This document shows positions 26,697-35,095 of a stretch of DNA of 38,644 bases, piece after piece; the stretch's first letter is position 1, and each line of letters starts with the position of its first letter. A program made the position numbers and the translations under genes. The stretch is from a virus (Duplodnaviria; Caudoviricetes), in IMG/VR virus record IMGVR_UViG_3300016464_000107, positions 1 to 38,644 of that record; one strand, given 5' to 3'. Under the pieces are notes generated by a model. It was not told the origin of the DNA. It did no database searches and was given only the letters and a program-made list of their open reading frames with translations.

Positions 26697-27148
26697 TACA
26701 GGACAACTTCTGCATCAGCTTGTTGCTTTTGTTCTTCAGCAACAGGAGGAGAGACAAGCTCCTTAACCTTGATGGCAGGGATGGTTGGGCTATGAATGAC
26801 AGATGCGGCTTTGCCATACATGCCAGACATACGATGCTCGTAGCTAGAAAGGGTAAGCTCTGCAACAGTGCCATTACCAATGTCGGAAGGAGACACTTCA
26901 TTACCCTTCTCATCAACGGCACGAATGACATACTTGCTCTTGGCAACGATGTGCTTGCCACGGTTGTATTGATCGTCTGCTCGTTCTTTAATCTTGATGC
27001 CAAGCTCATTCTGCAAGCGAGTGACAATGCTGTCGCTCAATTGACCAATACAGATTTCATACTTCTCATTGGTTGGATTGAACTGAACATTCGGCTCTGC
27101 CATGTGTTTAGCCCAAAACAATTGTCCAACTACTTTAACTGTCTTCAT
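26696..27148 (-). CDS. Single-stranded DNA-binding protein (T7 gp2.5-like)
   Basis: G.LFWA, KYEI, IGNGT motifs and acidic tail; AAAGGA RBS before the ATG at 27148. Confidence 0.78.
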   Translation of the reverse strand: MKTVKVVGQLFWAKHMAEPNVQFNPTNEKYEICIGQLSDSIVTRLQNELGIKIKERADDQYNRGKHIVAKSKYVIRAVDEKGNEVSPSDIGNGTVAELTLSSYEHRMSGMYGKAASVIHSPTIPAIKVKELVSPPVAEEQKQQADAEVVL

Positions 27149-27168
27149 GTGATTTCCTTTGTGTTTAA

Positions 27169-27239
27169 TGAAAGAGAGGTCAGGACTTGAGCCTGATACT
27201 TTAGCTATCGCCATTGCTTTACCCATAAGCTACCTCTCT
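27169..27239 (-). ncRNA. tRNA-like RNA with a 4-nt loop in place of the anticodon loop
   Basis: AGAGAGG/CCTCTCT acceptor stem, U8A9, GCTT/AAGC D-stem, TGGC-GATA-GCTA arm, TCAGG-CTCAAGT-CCTGA T-arm, 3' TTCA; 2 nt downstream of tRNA-Trp. Confidence 0.75.
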
Positions 27240-27241
27240 GT

Positions 27242-27315
27242 TGGTATCCCGTGACAGAATCGAACTGCCGCCAAGAGATTTGGAGTTTCTTGTGCTACCA
27301 TTACACCAACGAGAT
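27242..27315 (-). tRNA. trnW: tRNA-Trp (CCA)
   Basis: ATCTCGT/ACGGGAT acceptor stem, GTGT/GCAC D-stem, CT-CCA-AA anticodon loop, GGCAG-TTCGATT-CTGTC T-arm, encoded 3' CCA. Confidence 0.92.
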
Positions 27316-27322
27316 AATACTA

Positions 27323-27517
27323 TTATTGTAACATAGTATCAGTAGGTTTGTCAAGGTTTAATAGCATCAAGTAGCTAGTAAACATAGACAAATTTTCAAG
27401 GATGGTGTTGTCATCCATTCCCTTGTCTGCCAGTATGTACAACTCTTTCCCACGAACAAGCAAATGAATTGATACATCTGCTTCTTCGATGAGTTCTTTC
27501 AGTGCGTCTGTTTCCAT
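27323..27517 (-). CDS. Hypothetical protein
   Basis: 64 aa overlapping the polymerase stop; AGGA RBS. Confidence 0.65.
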   Translation of the reverse strand: METDALKELIEEADVSIHLLVRGKELYILADKGMDDNTILENLSMFTSYLMLLNLDKPTDTMLQ

Positions 27518-29193
27518 GTTGTTCCTACGCTGTATTCTCCAGTTAAGGGACAGCGTAGGTTTAACGCTATCCCTGCTTGTTCAATTGCTTGAACGCCCAT
27601 CTTACCTACAAGTTCTCCATACTCCTCCTTTGTTTCAATCTGCCATTCGTCATGCACATTGGCACAGAAGCCATGTGGGATACGCTTTGCTCTAAGGTTA
27701 CTAGCTAGTAACACTAGAGCCTTCTTCATCACGACAGCCCCTGCTCCTTGAAGTAGTGTGTTAAGAGCCGAGTGTTGGGAACGAACCCATATCTTGCGAC
27801 CATCAAGCCCCGGCATAAAGCCTTTGCTCGAAAGGGTTTCAACCTTACCTCGTAATACTTTGAGCGAGGGAGTCTTGGAAAGAAAGCTATCAATAAGGTT
27901 TTGTCCATCCCTAGAGCTACCACCAACAATGGCTCCGATCTTCGCCGCCCCAGCCCCATATAGGAACGCATAGATGAAAGTCTTTGCGTCATTCCTTGAT
28001 GAAAGCCCCGCTGCTTTTTGGTTGAGCGTGTGGACATCCGTGCCATCTTTTGAACTACCTTCGACAACTGCCTTGACATATGCTTCATCCCTCATGTAAT
28101 GAGCCAGCATACGAAGCTCCAAGCCTGAAGCATCTATGCCGACAAGAACATTCCCTTTGTCAACGGTGAATAGGTCACGACACTCAGGGCCATACATGCT
28201 ACCTGCGTTGGGAACCTGAGCCATGTTGGGAGAACTGTGTGTCATCCTGCCTGTCACTGCGCCATTGGTAATCACCTTACCGTGGATGCGTCCATCATCC
28301 TTGACTTCCTCTAGCCAGCTTGTCACCTGAGCTACACGCTTTTGCAGCATGAGGTATTCAAGCAGCAGCTTGGCCTCTGGTAAGTCAATGCCTTCTAGCA
28401 CCTTCTCGTCAACGATTATGTGTCCTTTCTCTGTCGTCTTAGAGAACGATACGCCTTTGTCTTTAAGGCGTTCTGCGATTTGTTTCCTAGAACAAGGGTT
28501 GAAAGGAGTGACAATATCCTTAAGTGGTGCTCCAGTGCGCTTATTCTTCCTGTTTGTTTCAACCAGAGGAGGAAACGCAACTTGCAATCGGTTTTCAATA
28601 TCCACCATTTTACCTGCAAGGACAGCCAACAAAGCCTGAGCCTCTGGTATGTTGAACTTAAACCCATGATCTTCTTGCCTCTTCAAAATAATTGCAACGT
28701 CATGCTCTAAGGTTATGCTCTCCTGGGAGAAGTCCTTGAGCAAGTCCATCAGCATGTTGTATGTCTTCACTGTGACAGCAACATCGTTCTCGCAGTAGGC
28801 ATACAGGGTTGGTAGGTGAGGCTCATCCCACCGCAGACCAGCATCCTTGCCAGTTGCTGCAACATAAGCCTCGGTATAGTCAGACTTGTTCAGTCCCACC
28901 CGCTTGCCCCAATCGTCTAGAGCGTGTCCCCCTTCGATATTGGGATTGTAAAGCCTTGAAAGAATCAATGTATCCACTGCCTGATTCCTTGTTATCTTCA
29001 CATTCCACAACTTCCGCAGGAGAGGACCATCGAATCCGATCAAGTTGTGTCCTACCACTTTGTCTGACTTTTCGATTAAAGGAATCAATGTCTTTGCTTC
29101 TGTATGACATACGCTACCGTTCTCTTTGTCCCAAGTGAAACAGCACCAAATGTGTTTGTGTTTGCTGTCTGTTTCAATGTCTAGGAAAAGCAT
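27499..29193 (-). CDS. DNA polymerase family A with 3'-5' exonuclease (T7 gp5-like)
   Basis: ExoI LDIET, ExoII HNLIGFD, motif A DASGLELR, motif B RNDAKTFIYAFLYG, motif C VHDE; GGAGGA RBS before the ATG at 29193. Confidence 0.96.
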   Translation of the reverse strand: MLFLDIETDSKHKHIWCCFTWDKENGSVCHTEAKTLIPLIEKSDKVVGHNLIGFDGPLLRKLWNVKITRNQAVDTLILSRLYNPNIEGGHALDDWGKRVGLNKSDYTEAYVAATGKDAGLRWDEPHLPTLYAYCENDVAVTVKTYNMLMDLLKDFSQESITLEHDVAIILKRQEDHGFKFNIPEAQALLAVLAGKMVDIENRLQVAFPPLVETNRKNKRTGAPLKDIVTPFNPCSRKQIAERLKDKGVSFSKTTEKGHIIVDEKVLEGIDLPEAKLLLEYLMLQKRVAQVTSWLEEVKDDGRIHGKVITNGAVTGRMTHSSPNMAQVPNAGSMYGPECRDLFTVDKGNVLVGIDASGLELRMLAHYMRDEAYVKAVVEGSSKDGTDVHTLNQKAAGLSSRNDAKTFIYAFLYGAGAAKIGAIVGGSSRDGQNLIDSFLSKTPSLKVLRGKVETLSSKGFMPGLDGRKIWVRSQHSALNTLLQGAGAVVMKKALVLLASNLRAKRIPHGFCANVHDEWQIETKEEYGELVGKMGVQAIEQAGIALNLRCPLTGEYSVGTTWKQTH

Positions 29194-29453
29194 TAGTCCT
29201 CCAATGTGTTTGCTACCAGGGTTGCATAGCCAGCAATGTCGTGCCAACTATCCTTGTAATAAGGGTCGCCATTCATGATTCGTGCAATCTTATTGGCAAT
29301 CATATCCAAACTCTCACGCATGTGAGGAGGAATCTCATTCCAATTTTTCATGTGACGCAGGTCACCCTTAATCATCTGCGAGTATAGCGCAACATTCAAG
29401 TAGCTGCCATACGTTGTCTCACGAACTTCCAATGTTTCATTCACCCCACTCAT
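29193..29453 (-). CDS. DUF6378-like small phage protein
   Basis: L..R...YG...KIAR..NG.P...DSW.DIAGYA motif. Confidence 0.78.
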   Translation of the reverse strand: MSGVNETLEVRETTYGSYLNVALYSQMIKGDLRHMKNWNEIPPHMRESLDMIANKIARIMNGDPYYKDSWHDIAGYATLVANTLED

Positions 29454-29599
29454 GCTTTCAAAGCCTCCATAGTTAAGCCAACATTGCCAATGGAATAGCC
29501 AACAAAAGCAATCCCAAGACCCAAATTACCAGACCGAATAAGGTCAAATGCCACCACCGCATACACCCCACCAATCCCTGCTATAAGCCATGCACTCAT
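29450..29599 (-). CDS. Small two-TM membrane protein (49 aa; not in ORF track)
   Basis: MSAWLIAGIGGVYAVVAFDLIRSGNLGLGIAFVGYSIGNVGL; ATGA-coupled at both ends. Confidence 0.75.
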   Translation of the reverse strand: MSAWLIAGIGGVYAVVAFDLIRSGNLGLGIAFVGYSIGNVGLTMEALKA

Positions 29600-29913
29600 T
29601 TGTTCTTCCTGTGAATATAAGACAACAGTTTACGCAGGTAGTCTGCTTCTGAATAGTCCATACAAATATAATTATCTTGTATAGTGTTAGAGTATGAGGG
29701 GAAGTATGCAATGTATCCATTGCCAGTGTCTCTTAACCCACATAGCTTGTCAACATCTTTGTTATACCCAGCAGTGGCTTTCAACGTATATGAATCCCCG
29801 TCATCAATAATCCGCTCTACAAAACCATCTTCCTCAACAACTTCACCAGACTGCATATCTTTCACTTGTGCAGTGAGTTTGTTTAGTTGATTCAAAATTT
29901 CATCTAAGTTCAT
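29596..29913 (-). CDS. Hypothetical protein
   Basis: Likely start MNLDEIL after AAGGA; operon context. Confidence 0.65.
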   Translation of the reverse strand: MNLDEILNQLNKLTAQVKDMQSGEVVEEDGFVERIIDDGDSYTLKATAGYNKDVDKLCGLRDTGNGYIAYFPSYSNTIQDNYICMDYSEADYLRKLLSYIHRKNK

Positions 29914-29915
29914 AT

Positions 29916-30110
29916 TCAATCCTTGTAATGTGCCAGCACATTGATTGCATCTAGCTGTCCCCATGAAAGCTGGATGATTTTGTCATCAAAAGATACATCA
30001 ATACCCTCACCGTTCCACCATTCAGTCACTTCAATGAATGAATGTTCTTGTGTAAGATGGCAATACTTTTTTAAATCATCCACCTTTGACTTACGAATGT
30101 ATGTTTTCAT
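29916..30110 (-). CDS. Hypothetical protein
   Basis: 64 aa; FIEVTEWWNGEG.D motif; GGAG RBS. Confidence 0.7.
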   Translation of the reverse strand: MKTYIRKSKVDDLKKYCHLTQEHSFIEVTEWWNGEGIDVSFDDKIIQLSWGQLDAINVLAHYKD

Positions 30111-30340
30111 TTACTCTTCTCCATTTTATTCAAAGCCTCACAAATTACAAGCGCATACTCGTAATCTTTTTGAGATTCACAGTGGTCATACCCGTCATCT
30201 TCATCCCATCCCTCTTCAAGTTCTCTTACCGATACAGGGGTGGAGAAGGATGTCCACACACAAATCATGTCTGCTGTCTCAACATGCTCAACCCAAGTTC
30301 CGTAATACTTCCCTGAAAGGGGCTTGATTCTCCAAGTCAT
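30107..30340 (-). CDS. Hypothetical protein
   Basis: 77 aa, ATGA-coupled on both sides. Confidence 0.65.
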   Translation of the reverse strand: MTWRIKPLSGKYYGTWVEHVETADMICVWTSFSTPVSVRELEEGWDEDDGYDHCESQKDYEYALVICEALNKMEKSK

Positions 30341-30609
30341 GTGTTTTTCTCATTAAGAGGGCAATCAGGGTGATGGTCTGTCCAAACGCAATGGTTGTCA
30401 CAGAACTTCTCATGTCGATCTTTCTCTGTTTCATCGACACGTTTTTCTTTCATGTTCTCAGGGCGACCATTACAGAAAGGGCAGTCCATATCTCCACACC
30501 TTGGATCAATCCACTCTCCAGTGTCAACGTAATAGTAGGCATCATACTCTTCTGAGTAGGCAACCTCTCTGTCAGGACATTGGTCATTCTGCATTGCTTC
30601 ATCGTTCAT
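30337..30609 (-). CDS. Cys/His-rich hypothetical protein
   Basis: CGDMDCPFC and CDNHCVWTDHHPDC clusters; coupled to the helicase stop. Confidence 0.65.
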   Translation of the reverse strand: MNDEAMQNDQCPDREVAYSEEYDAYYYVDTGEWIDPRCGDMDCPFCNGRPENMKEKRVDETEKDRHEKFCDNHCVWTDHHPDCPLNEKNT

Positions 30610-32225
30610 AAACTTTCTTCCTCCATCTCTAACATTCTACCAGTGTTTAGAGAATAAAGCAAGTGGCAAGCAGGGCCAGTGATACCACTGAACCTGTTCT
30701 TCAACACCCTCACCTTGGTTGTGTTGCGTTCACGCTCATCCTCTGCCTGACCATTACGCTCAAGACCAATCACCATGTCACTAAGCTGTGCAATGGCTCC
30801 TGACCCACGTAGCTGGGCAAGGCTGGTCGCTGCTCCTTCCTCATGTCCCTTTGTCTCAGGGCGTTTAAGGTGGCTAACAAGGATGAGGCTAATGCCTGTC
30901 TTCTGAACAACAGTGCGAAGCTCAGTCATAATTTTATCCAAAGCCTTGCGCTCATCTCCATTGTCCTGAGCAGACACAACGATTGACACATGGTCTAAGA
31001 ACACATAGCCACAGTTGAATGCAGATGCAAACTGTTCTGTTCTTTTAACGATGTTCTCAATGTTTGTGCTACCGAAGTGGTCAAACATGAAGATGCGATC
31101 AGTGCCAAGGGTTAGGTCAAACGCTTGTCGCTTCTCTTCCTCAGTGCATGGAACATCAGGCAAATGCAAGGGCTTATTTGCAGCAAGGCTCATCAACGAC
31201 AGCCCTGTCTTGCGTGTGCTTTCCTCAAGGAACATGAGGCCAATGTTGTCCTCTGTCTTATGAAGCAAATGCCAAATGATTTCACGAAGGAACTGACTCT
31301 TACCAAGTCCACTACCAGCAGTGACAGTGACAAGCTCTCCCTTACGAATGCCATAGGTTAGTTTGTTCAAGCCAGAGAATGGGTAGTCACATGAAGCTTT
31401 GTCAAGAGGCTTGCTCACCACATCCCACAGGGTTGATGCTTGGACAATACCATCAGGAACGAATTGCTCTGCACTCCACCAACGCTGGATGAATTCCTGT
31501 TCGTTACTGGCTAGTAACCAGTCACAGGCATCCTTCATTCCAGCCTTACCCTTGAACACCTTCACCTTACTACCGAACACAGAGCAGAAAGCATTGGATG
31601 CTTGCTGTCCCGGCTCATCATTGTCAAAGCAAACGACAATGTTATCGAAGCTGTCTAGCCATTCATAATTTTTCTGAGCATCCTTCCCTGCACCACCTGC
31701 ACCATTACGAACAGACACGACAGGGTATTTACTGCCAAGCATTTGGAATGCAGCAAGCGCATCATACTCTCCCTCCACAACGGTGACATACTTGCCACCC
31801 TTTGGGAACAAGCTCTGCCCAAAGAGAGTTGCTTCCTTCCACTCACCTTCAACAGAGAACACCTTCTCCTTGATGGCTCTCTTCTTTGCGGCTACCAGCA
31901 TACCATCATTGTCGTGGTATGGAAACCACACATTGTTATTGTCTGCCACCACCCCATAGCGTTCAACCGTTGCTCTGGCAATGCGTCTGCTACCAATTGC
32001 GGGGGTTGGTAGGGTGGTAAAAGCCTCAAAAATGGCCCTAGAAGGCTCTCTATGCGTTTTTTCTGGGGTGGGTAAGGGGTAGGTCACTGTCGTGTTCTCT
32101 TCTGGTTTTGTAAATGTTTGACAGACGAAACAGTAGGTGCTTCCATCATCGTTGATTGACATGCCATCACTGCTATCACAGGATGTACATGGCTGGTGGG
32201 TTTTAACAAAGCTCACAGATTCCAC
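30606..32225 (-). CDS. DNA primase-helicase (T7 gp4-like)
   Basis: Zn finger CTSC...CFVC, TOPRIM EGEYD/FDND, Walker A AGSGLGKS, FLDH, VSHL, LRGSG, KNRFSG. Confidence 0.96.
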   Translation of the reverse strand: MESVSFVKTHQPCTSCDSSDGMSINDDGSTYCFVCQTFTKPEENTTVTYPLPTPEKTHREPSRAIFEAFTTLPTPAIGSRRIARATVERYGVVADNNNVWFPYHDNDGMLVAAKKRAIKEKVFSVEGEWKEATLFGQSLFPKGGKYVTVVEGEYDALAAFQMLGSKYPVVSVRNGAGGAGKDAQKNYEWLDSFDNIVVCFDNDEPGQQASNAFCSVFGSKVKVFKGKAGMKDACDWLLASNEQEFIQRWWSAEQFVPDGIVQASTLWDVVSKPLDKASCDYPFSGLNKLTYGIRKGELVTVTAGSGLGKSQFLREIIWHLLHKTEDNIGLMFLEESTRKTGLSLMSLAANKPLHLPDVPCTEEEKRQAFDLTLGTDRIFMFDHFGSTNIENIVKRTEQFASAFNCGYVFLDHVSIVVSAQDNGDERKALDKIMTELRTVVQKTGISLILVSHLKRPETKGHEEGAATSLAQLRGSGAIAQLSDMVIGLERNGQAEDERERNTTKVRVLKNRFSGITGPACHLLYSLNTGRMLEMEEESL

Positions 32226-32416
32226 TCCTCCAACATCTTAATCATTGCAAGCCTGTCCTCTTCTGAAAGGTTTTGTGTTGATGCCTTCAATGCAAGAAGG
32301 AATTTAGGAAAGCCCATGATGCCAATTATTTCATGGCAATCATGGAGAGTGTTAACAACAATCCATTCAAAGGCCATCTCTGTTTCATTCATTGTGTGCA
32401 TCTTGATCATCCTCAT
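32213..32416 (-). CDS. Hypothetical protein
   Basis: About 60-67 aa ORF in the operon upstream of the primase; start uncertain. Confidence 0.6.
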   Translation of the reverse strand: MRMIKMHTMNETEMAFEWIVVNTLHDCHEIIGIMGFPKFLLALKASTQNLSEEDRLAMIKMLEEWNL

Positions 32417-32567
32417 TGTGTTTTAAATCATCTCTTTCAAACACATCAATGTCATCAGAGATTGTGTGGAAACATTCATTACAAATGTCGAGGTAGTCTC
32501 CACTCACTACGCTCTTACGAGTTGCTTCAAAGTCAGACAACTCAGCATTACAACAATAGCATCTCAT
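32385..32567 (-). CDS. Small zinc-finger protein
   Basis: MRCYCCN..LSDFEATRK...YLDICNEC; first gene after the promoter. Confidence 0.75.
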   Translation of the reverse strand: MRCYCCNAELSDFEATRKSVVSGDYLDICNECFHTISDDIDVFERDDLKHNEDDQDAHNE

Positions 32568-32626
32568 ATAAGTATCCTTATAAAAGTATAATTAATATAA
32601 AATACTTTTACTGTATCTTATAAGTA

Positions 32627-32655
32627 ATTATACAAGATTTTTTGAAATGTGTCAA
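32627..32655 (-). promoter_or_regulatory. sigma70 promoter for the replication operon
   Basis: Minus strand TTGACA (32655-32650), 17 bp, TATAAT (32632-32627). Confidence 0.85.
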
Positions 32656-32716
32656 CGCATGTTCATAACAATGAAGCATCCATACAACACAACGATTAAC
32701 AGAAAGAACCTGCTAT

Positions 32717-33157
32717 TCACCATGAGCTTTGATAGGTGAAGTAATAGTCATCGATTGTAGGGTCTGACAACAATTCATTAAGTCTGTCCCTTGTTTCCTC
32801 AATGACTTTCCAATACCACTCGTCATACTCAGTGCTACCGAAGAAGAATCCACTGGTTGTTGGCAGCAACTTAATTGCTTCTTCCTTTGGCATTGACAAC
32901 ATCTTATCAAGCAAAGAGCATAAGGTTTTTAATTGATCGATGTCTACATCATACTCTTTGCAATCATCTTCTCCAAATTGCACATTGTCAACAAACCATT
33001 TGTGGATGGCATTAGCTTTCCTCCAATACATTGCATCGAACACAATGCGCCTTGGAATCATGGATGAAACAGTCATCTTCTTAATCTTCTCAATAAGCTC
33101 AAAAGATTCTTCCCGATACAAATGCTTTGATGCATTCAAATACATATCTAGTCCCAT
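32717..33157 (-). CDS. Conserved phage protein (MGLDMYL / YWRKAN family)
   Basis: MGLDMYL, YWRKANAIHKWF, LPTTSGFFFGS..YDEWY, Y.SSW; AAAGGAG RBS. Confidence 0.85.
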   Translation of the reverse strand: MGLDMYLNASKHLYREESFELIEKIKKMTVSSMIPRRIVFDAMYWRKANAIHKWFVDNVQFGEDDCKEYDVDIDQLKTLCSLLDKMLSMPKEEAIKLLPTTSGFFFGSTEYDEWYWKVIEETRDRLNELLSDPTIDDYYFTYQSSW

Positions 33158-33230
33158 GTCATTCTCCTTTGGTTAAATTGTCATTCGATATTTGCGAATA
33201 GCGAATACTTTCATTTGTTCCTCCGTTTTG

Positions 33231-33464
33231 TTAAATAAATTCTTGATGAATAGGTTCTGAATAGTCCTCCCTCCTATATATCAGTATGCGTAATTGGTTT
33301 GGTGATCCATCGTGAAACATTTCCCCATCAACATTTATATCATACTCATCAAGGCCATACCAAATATCAATGCAACAGAAGTCATCAGTTGACCACCAAA
33401 GCTTTGCATCACGCACACCAAGGGCATACGCTTTTGCAAATTGAATTGCTTCTTCTTTTGTCAT
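33231..33464 (-). CDS. Hypothetical early protein
   Basis: 77 aa, coupled to the upstream ORF. Confidence 0.6.
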   Translation of the reverse strand: MTKEEAIQFAKAYALGVRDAKLWWSTDDFCCIDIWYGLDEYDINVDGEMFHDGSPNQLRILIYRREDYSEPIHQEFI

Positions 33465-33613
33465 AGTGGAGCATCCTCAAAATTATCAAGGCTTGGCTTG
33501 GGCGGGACATGCACACGCTCAGGCATTGGCGGGGTTGTAGGGAAAGGCCATGTAGGTTTTACAGGCTCAGGGGGAGACAACGGGGTTGTCTTCTTTGGTA
33601 AAACTATTTTCAT
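33461..33613 (-). CDS. Pro-rich hypothetical early protein (50 aa; not in ORF track)
   Basis: MKIVLPKKTTPLSPPEPVKPTWPFPTTPP...FEDAPL; ATGA-coupled on both sides. Confidence 0.65.
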   Translation of the reverse strand: MKIVLPKKTTPLSPPEPVKPTWPFPTTPPMPERVHVPPKPSLDNFEDAPL

Positions 33614-33825
33614 TGCTCCCTCGCTTTCAGCATTGCGTCTGCCATTCTGTAAGCATATGTGGCAGTCGCATCCATGCCACCATATCTGTCCTCGCCAATG
33701 ATTGCCGTCATCGCCTTAGCTGCAAAGTAGTCCCGCATGGTCATGCCTTCGTGATGCCAAATTCTAGTCCCACTTTGATGTGCGTCTTCTGTTGGGAACG
33801 CTGGCCCACCTGTTTGTTTATTCAT
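33610..33825 (-). CDS. Conserved small phage protein (GGPAFP / GMTMRDYFAAKAM family)
   Basis: GGPAFP, GMT.RDYFAAKAM, AY..ADAML.AR motifs. Confidence 0.82.
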   Translation of the reverse strand: MNKQTGGPAFPTEDAHQSGTRIWHHEGMTMRDYFAAKAMTAIIGEDRYGGMDATATYAYRMADAMLKAREQ

Positions 33826-33937
33826 CACGCACTTCCTCCACTTCAATGTTCAATATACGAACACCATCAAAAATTTCAACAATCTCAAACTCAATTCCAA
33901 GCTCATATAACTTTTGATAAAGCTGTTCTGCGGTCAT
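33818..33937 (-). CDS. Small acidic early protein (39 aa)
   Basis: MTAEQLYQKLYELGIEFEIVEIFDGVRILNIEVEEVRDE; GAGGAGG RBS. Confidence 0.6.
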   Translation of the reverse strand: MTAEQLYQKLYELGIEFEIVEIFDGVRILNIEVEEVRDE

Positions 33938-34143
33938 CACCATCCTCCTCTGTTGTATTCATACGATAGCAAAAGCTGCTCACCCTCAAACACTGCATCA
34001 TCGATGGCCTCATACCCGGCCTCATACATCTTGGCATTATCCATCTTGCGTCTAATGCTTGCAACATATTCCTCTAGGCCGTCAACCCATCGAACATGTA
34101 GGACATACTTGTCACTCTCCATCGTATGAACTGTATAGCTCAT
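33937..34143 (-). CDS. Hypothetical early protein
   Basis: Likely start MSYTVH after GGAG. Confidence 0.6.
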   Translation of the reverse strand: MSYTVHTMESDKYVLHVRWVDGLEEYVASIRRKMDNAKMYEAGYEAIDDAVFEGEQLLLSYEYNRGGW

Positions 34144-34339
34144 GTTCTTGCTCCAAAATCCAGTTGATAACACGGACATCTCTGTCCCCTAAATGTCTGG
34201 TGATGTCAACATCATCCTTATACAAAGCCCACCAAAACTTTTTGTCTTCCGGGTCGTATTCGTAGTCAAGCTCTAGTGTATAGGGGACATCCTCCGCAAA
34301 GGTTTCCTCTATGTCCAACAATCCACAATCGATTTTCAT
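34112..34339 (-). CDS. Acidic hypothetical early protein
   Basis: 75 aa, ATGA-coupled, GGAGG RBS. Confidence 0.65.
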   Translation of the reverse strand: MKIDCGLLDIEETFAEDVPYTLELDYEYDPEDKKFWWALYKDDVDITRHLGDRDVRVINWILEQEHELYSSYDGE

Positions 34340-34941
34340 TTCACTGCCTCCACAATGGTTGTAACGGGACTATTGTAACACAACAAACATGTTACACACT
34401 TTTGGCCTGTGCAATTTTGCTTGTCAACATCTTGATTCTTGGGGACATTGTTAAATGTCTTGTCAAAATGCCTAGGTGGTGTGGGCAATATTGTTCCAAT
34501 CTTGGGGTTACTATAAAGTAATGTCAAGTTGTCAGGCTTTTTGTTCTCTGCAAAATACTTTTGCACAATGTCATTGCGTTTAGTCCAAAGGCTAAACTTG
34601 GTGAATGGATTCATGGATGCAATGAGGCAAAGGTTTGCTAGGTGTGTCTCATTAATCAATTCTCCATGAGCACTAAACCTATGGAATGCATCGTTAATGA
34701 ATGGCACTTGGGTGTCCTCCAACAACCTAGAGGAAAGCAAATCACTGTTGCGTTGCAAAGCAGGGGCAGTGTTTTTCCTGAAGGTGGACAACATGGAATG
34801 GGAATAACACTTGGTGCAAATATTATTCTCGTTACCGCATGAGTTTTGCTTGATGCAATACTCGTTGGTTAGCGTGTTGGTGCTAATGGCTCGCAAACCC
34901 TGAAGCTTGCCTGACATTGTGGAAATGTGGACTTTTTGCAT
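34336..34941 (-). CDS. Gp88-like Cys-rich protein (radical-SAM-like, putative Fe-S)
   Basis: C..13..CxxCY cluster, RF..HGE, F.LWTKR, C-terminal C...CxxCxxC; GGAGG RBS and TAATG coupling at 34941. Confidence 0.65.
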   Translation of the reverse strand: MQKVHISTMSGKLQGLRAISTNTLTNEYCIKQNSCGNENNICTKCYSHSMLSTFRKNTAPALQRNSDLLSSRLLEDTQVPFINDAFHRFSAHGELINETHLANLCLIASMNPFTKFSLWTKRNDIVQKYFAENKKPDNLTLLYSNPKIGTILPTPPRHFDKTFNNVPKNQDVDKQNCTGQKCVTCLLCYNSPVTTIVEAVK

Positions 34942-35030
34942 TATCCCCTCCATGCCAACAATGCGCCGATTAGGGCAAAACAACCCATGCAAGCAAGGGC
35001 ATAAACAACATCGATGAGAAAGTCAAGCAT
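34941..35030 (-). CDS. Small hydrophobic peptide (29 aa)
   Basis: MLDFLIDVVYALACMGCFALIGALLAWRG; GGAGG RBS. Confidence 0.6.
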   Translation of the reverse strand: MLDFLIDVVYALACMGCFALIGALLAWRG

Positions 35031-35046
35031 GTTTTCCTCCATGGTT

Positions 35047-35092
35047 AGTGCTTGTCAATGGGCACATTATAGCATGCCCATTGGCCTTCACT
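35047..35092 (-). other. Intergenic RNA hairpin with internal loop (RNase III-like site)
   Basis: CAATGGGCAT/GTGCCCATTG upper stem and AGTG/CACT lower stem. Confidence 0.55.
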
Positions 35093-35095
35093 ATC

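Noticed and set aside
27149-27226. N-terminal extension of SSB in the ORF track
   Set aside because: It overlaps the tRNA-like element; a better RBS and ATG are at 27148.
27242-27315. Suppressor tRNA or alternative genetic code
   Set aside because: The anticodon is CCA (standard Trp), core genes are uninterrupted in code 11, and TGA is used as a coupled stop.
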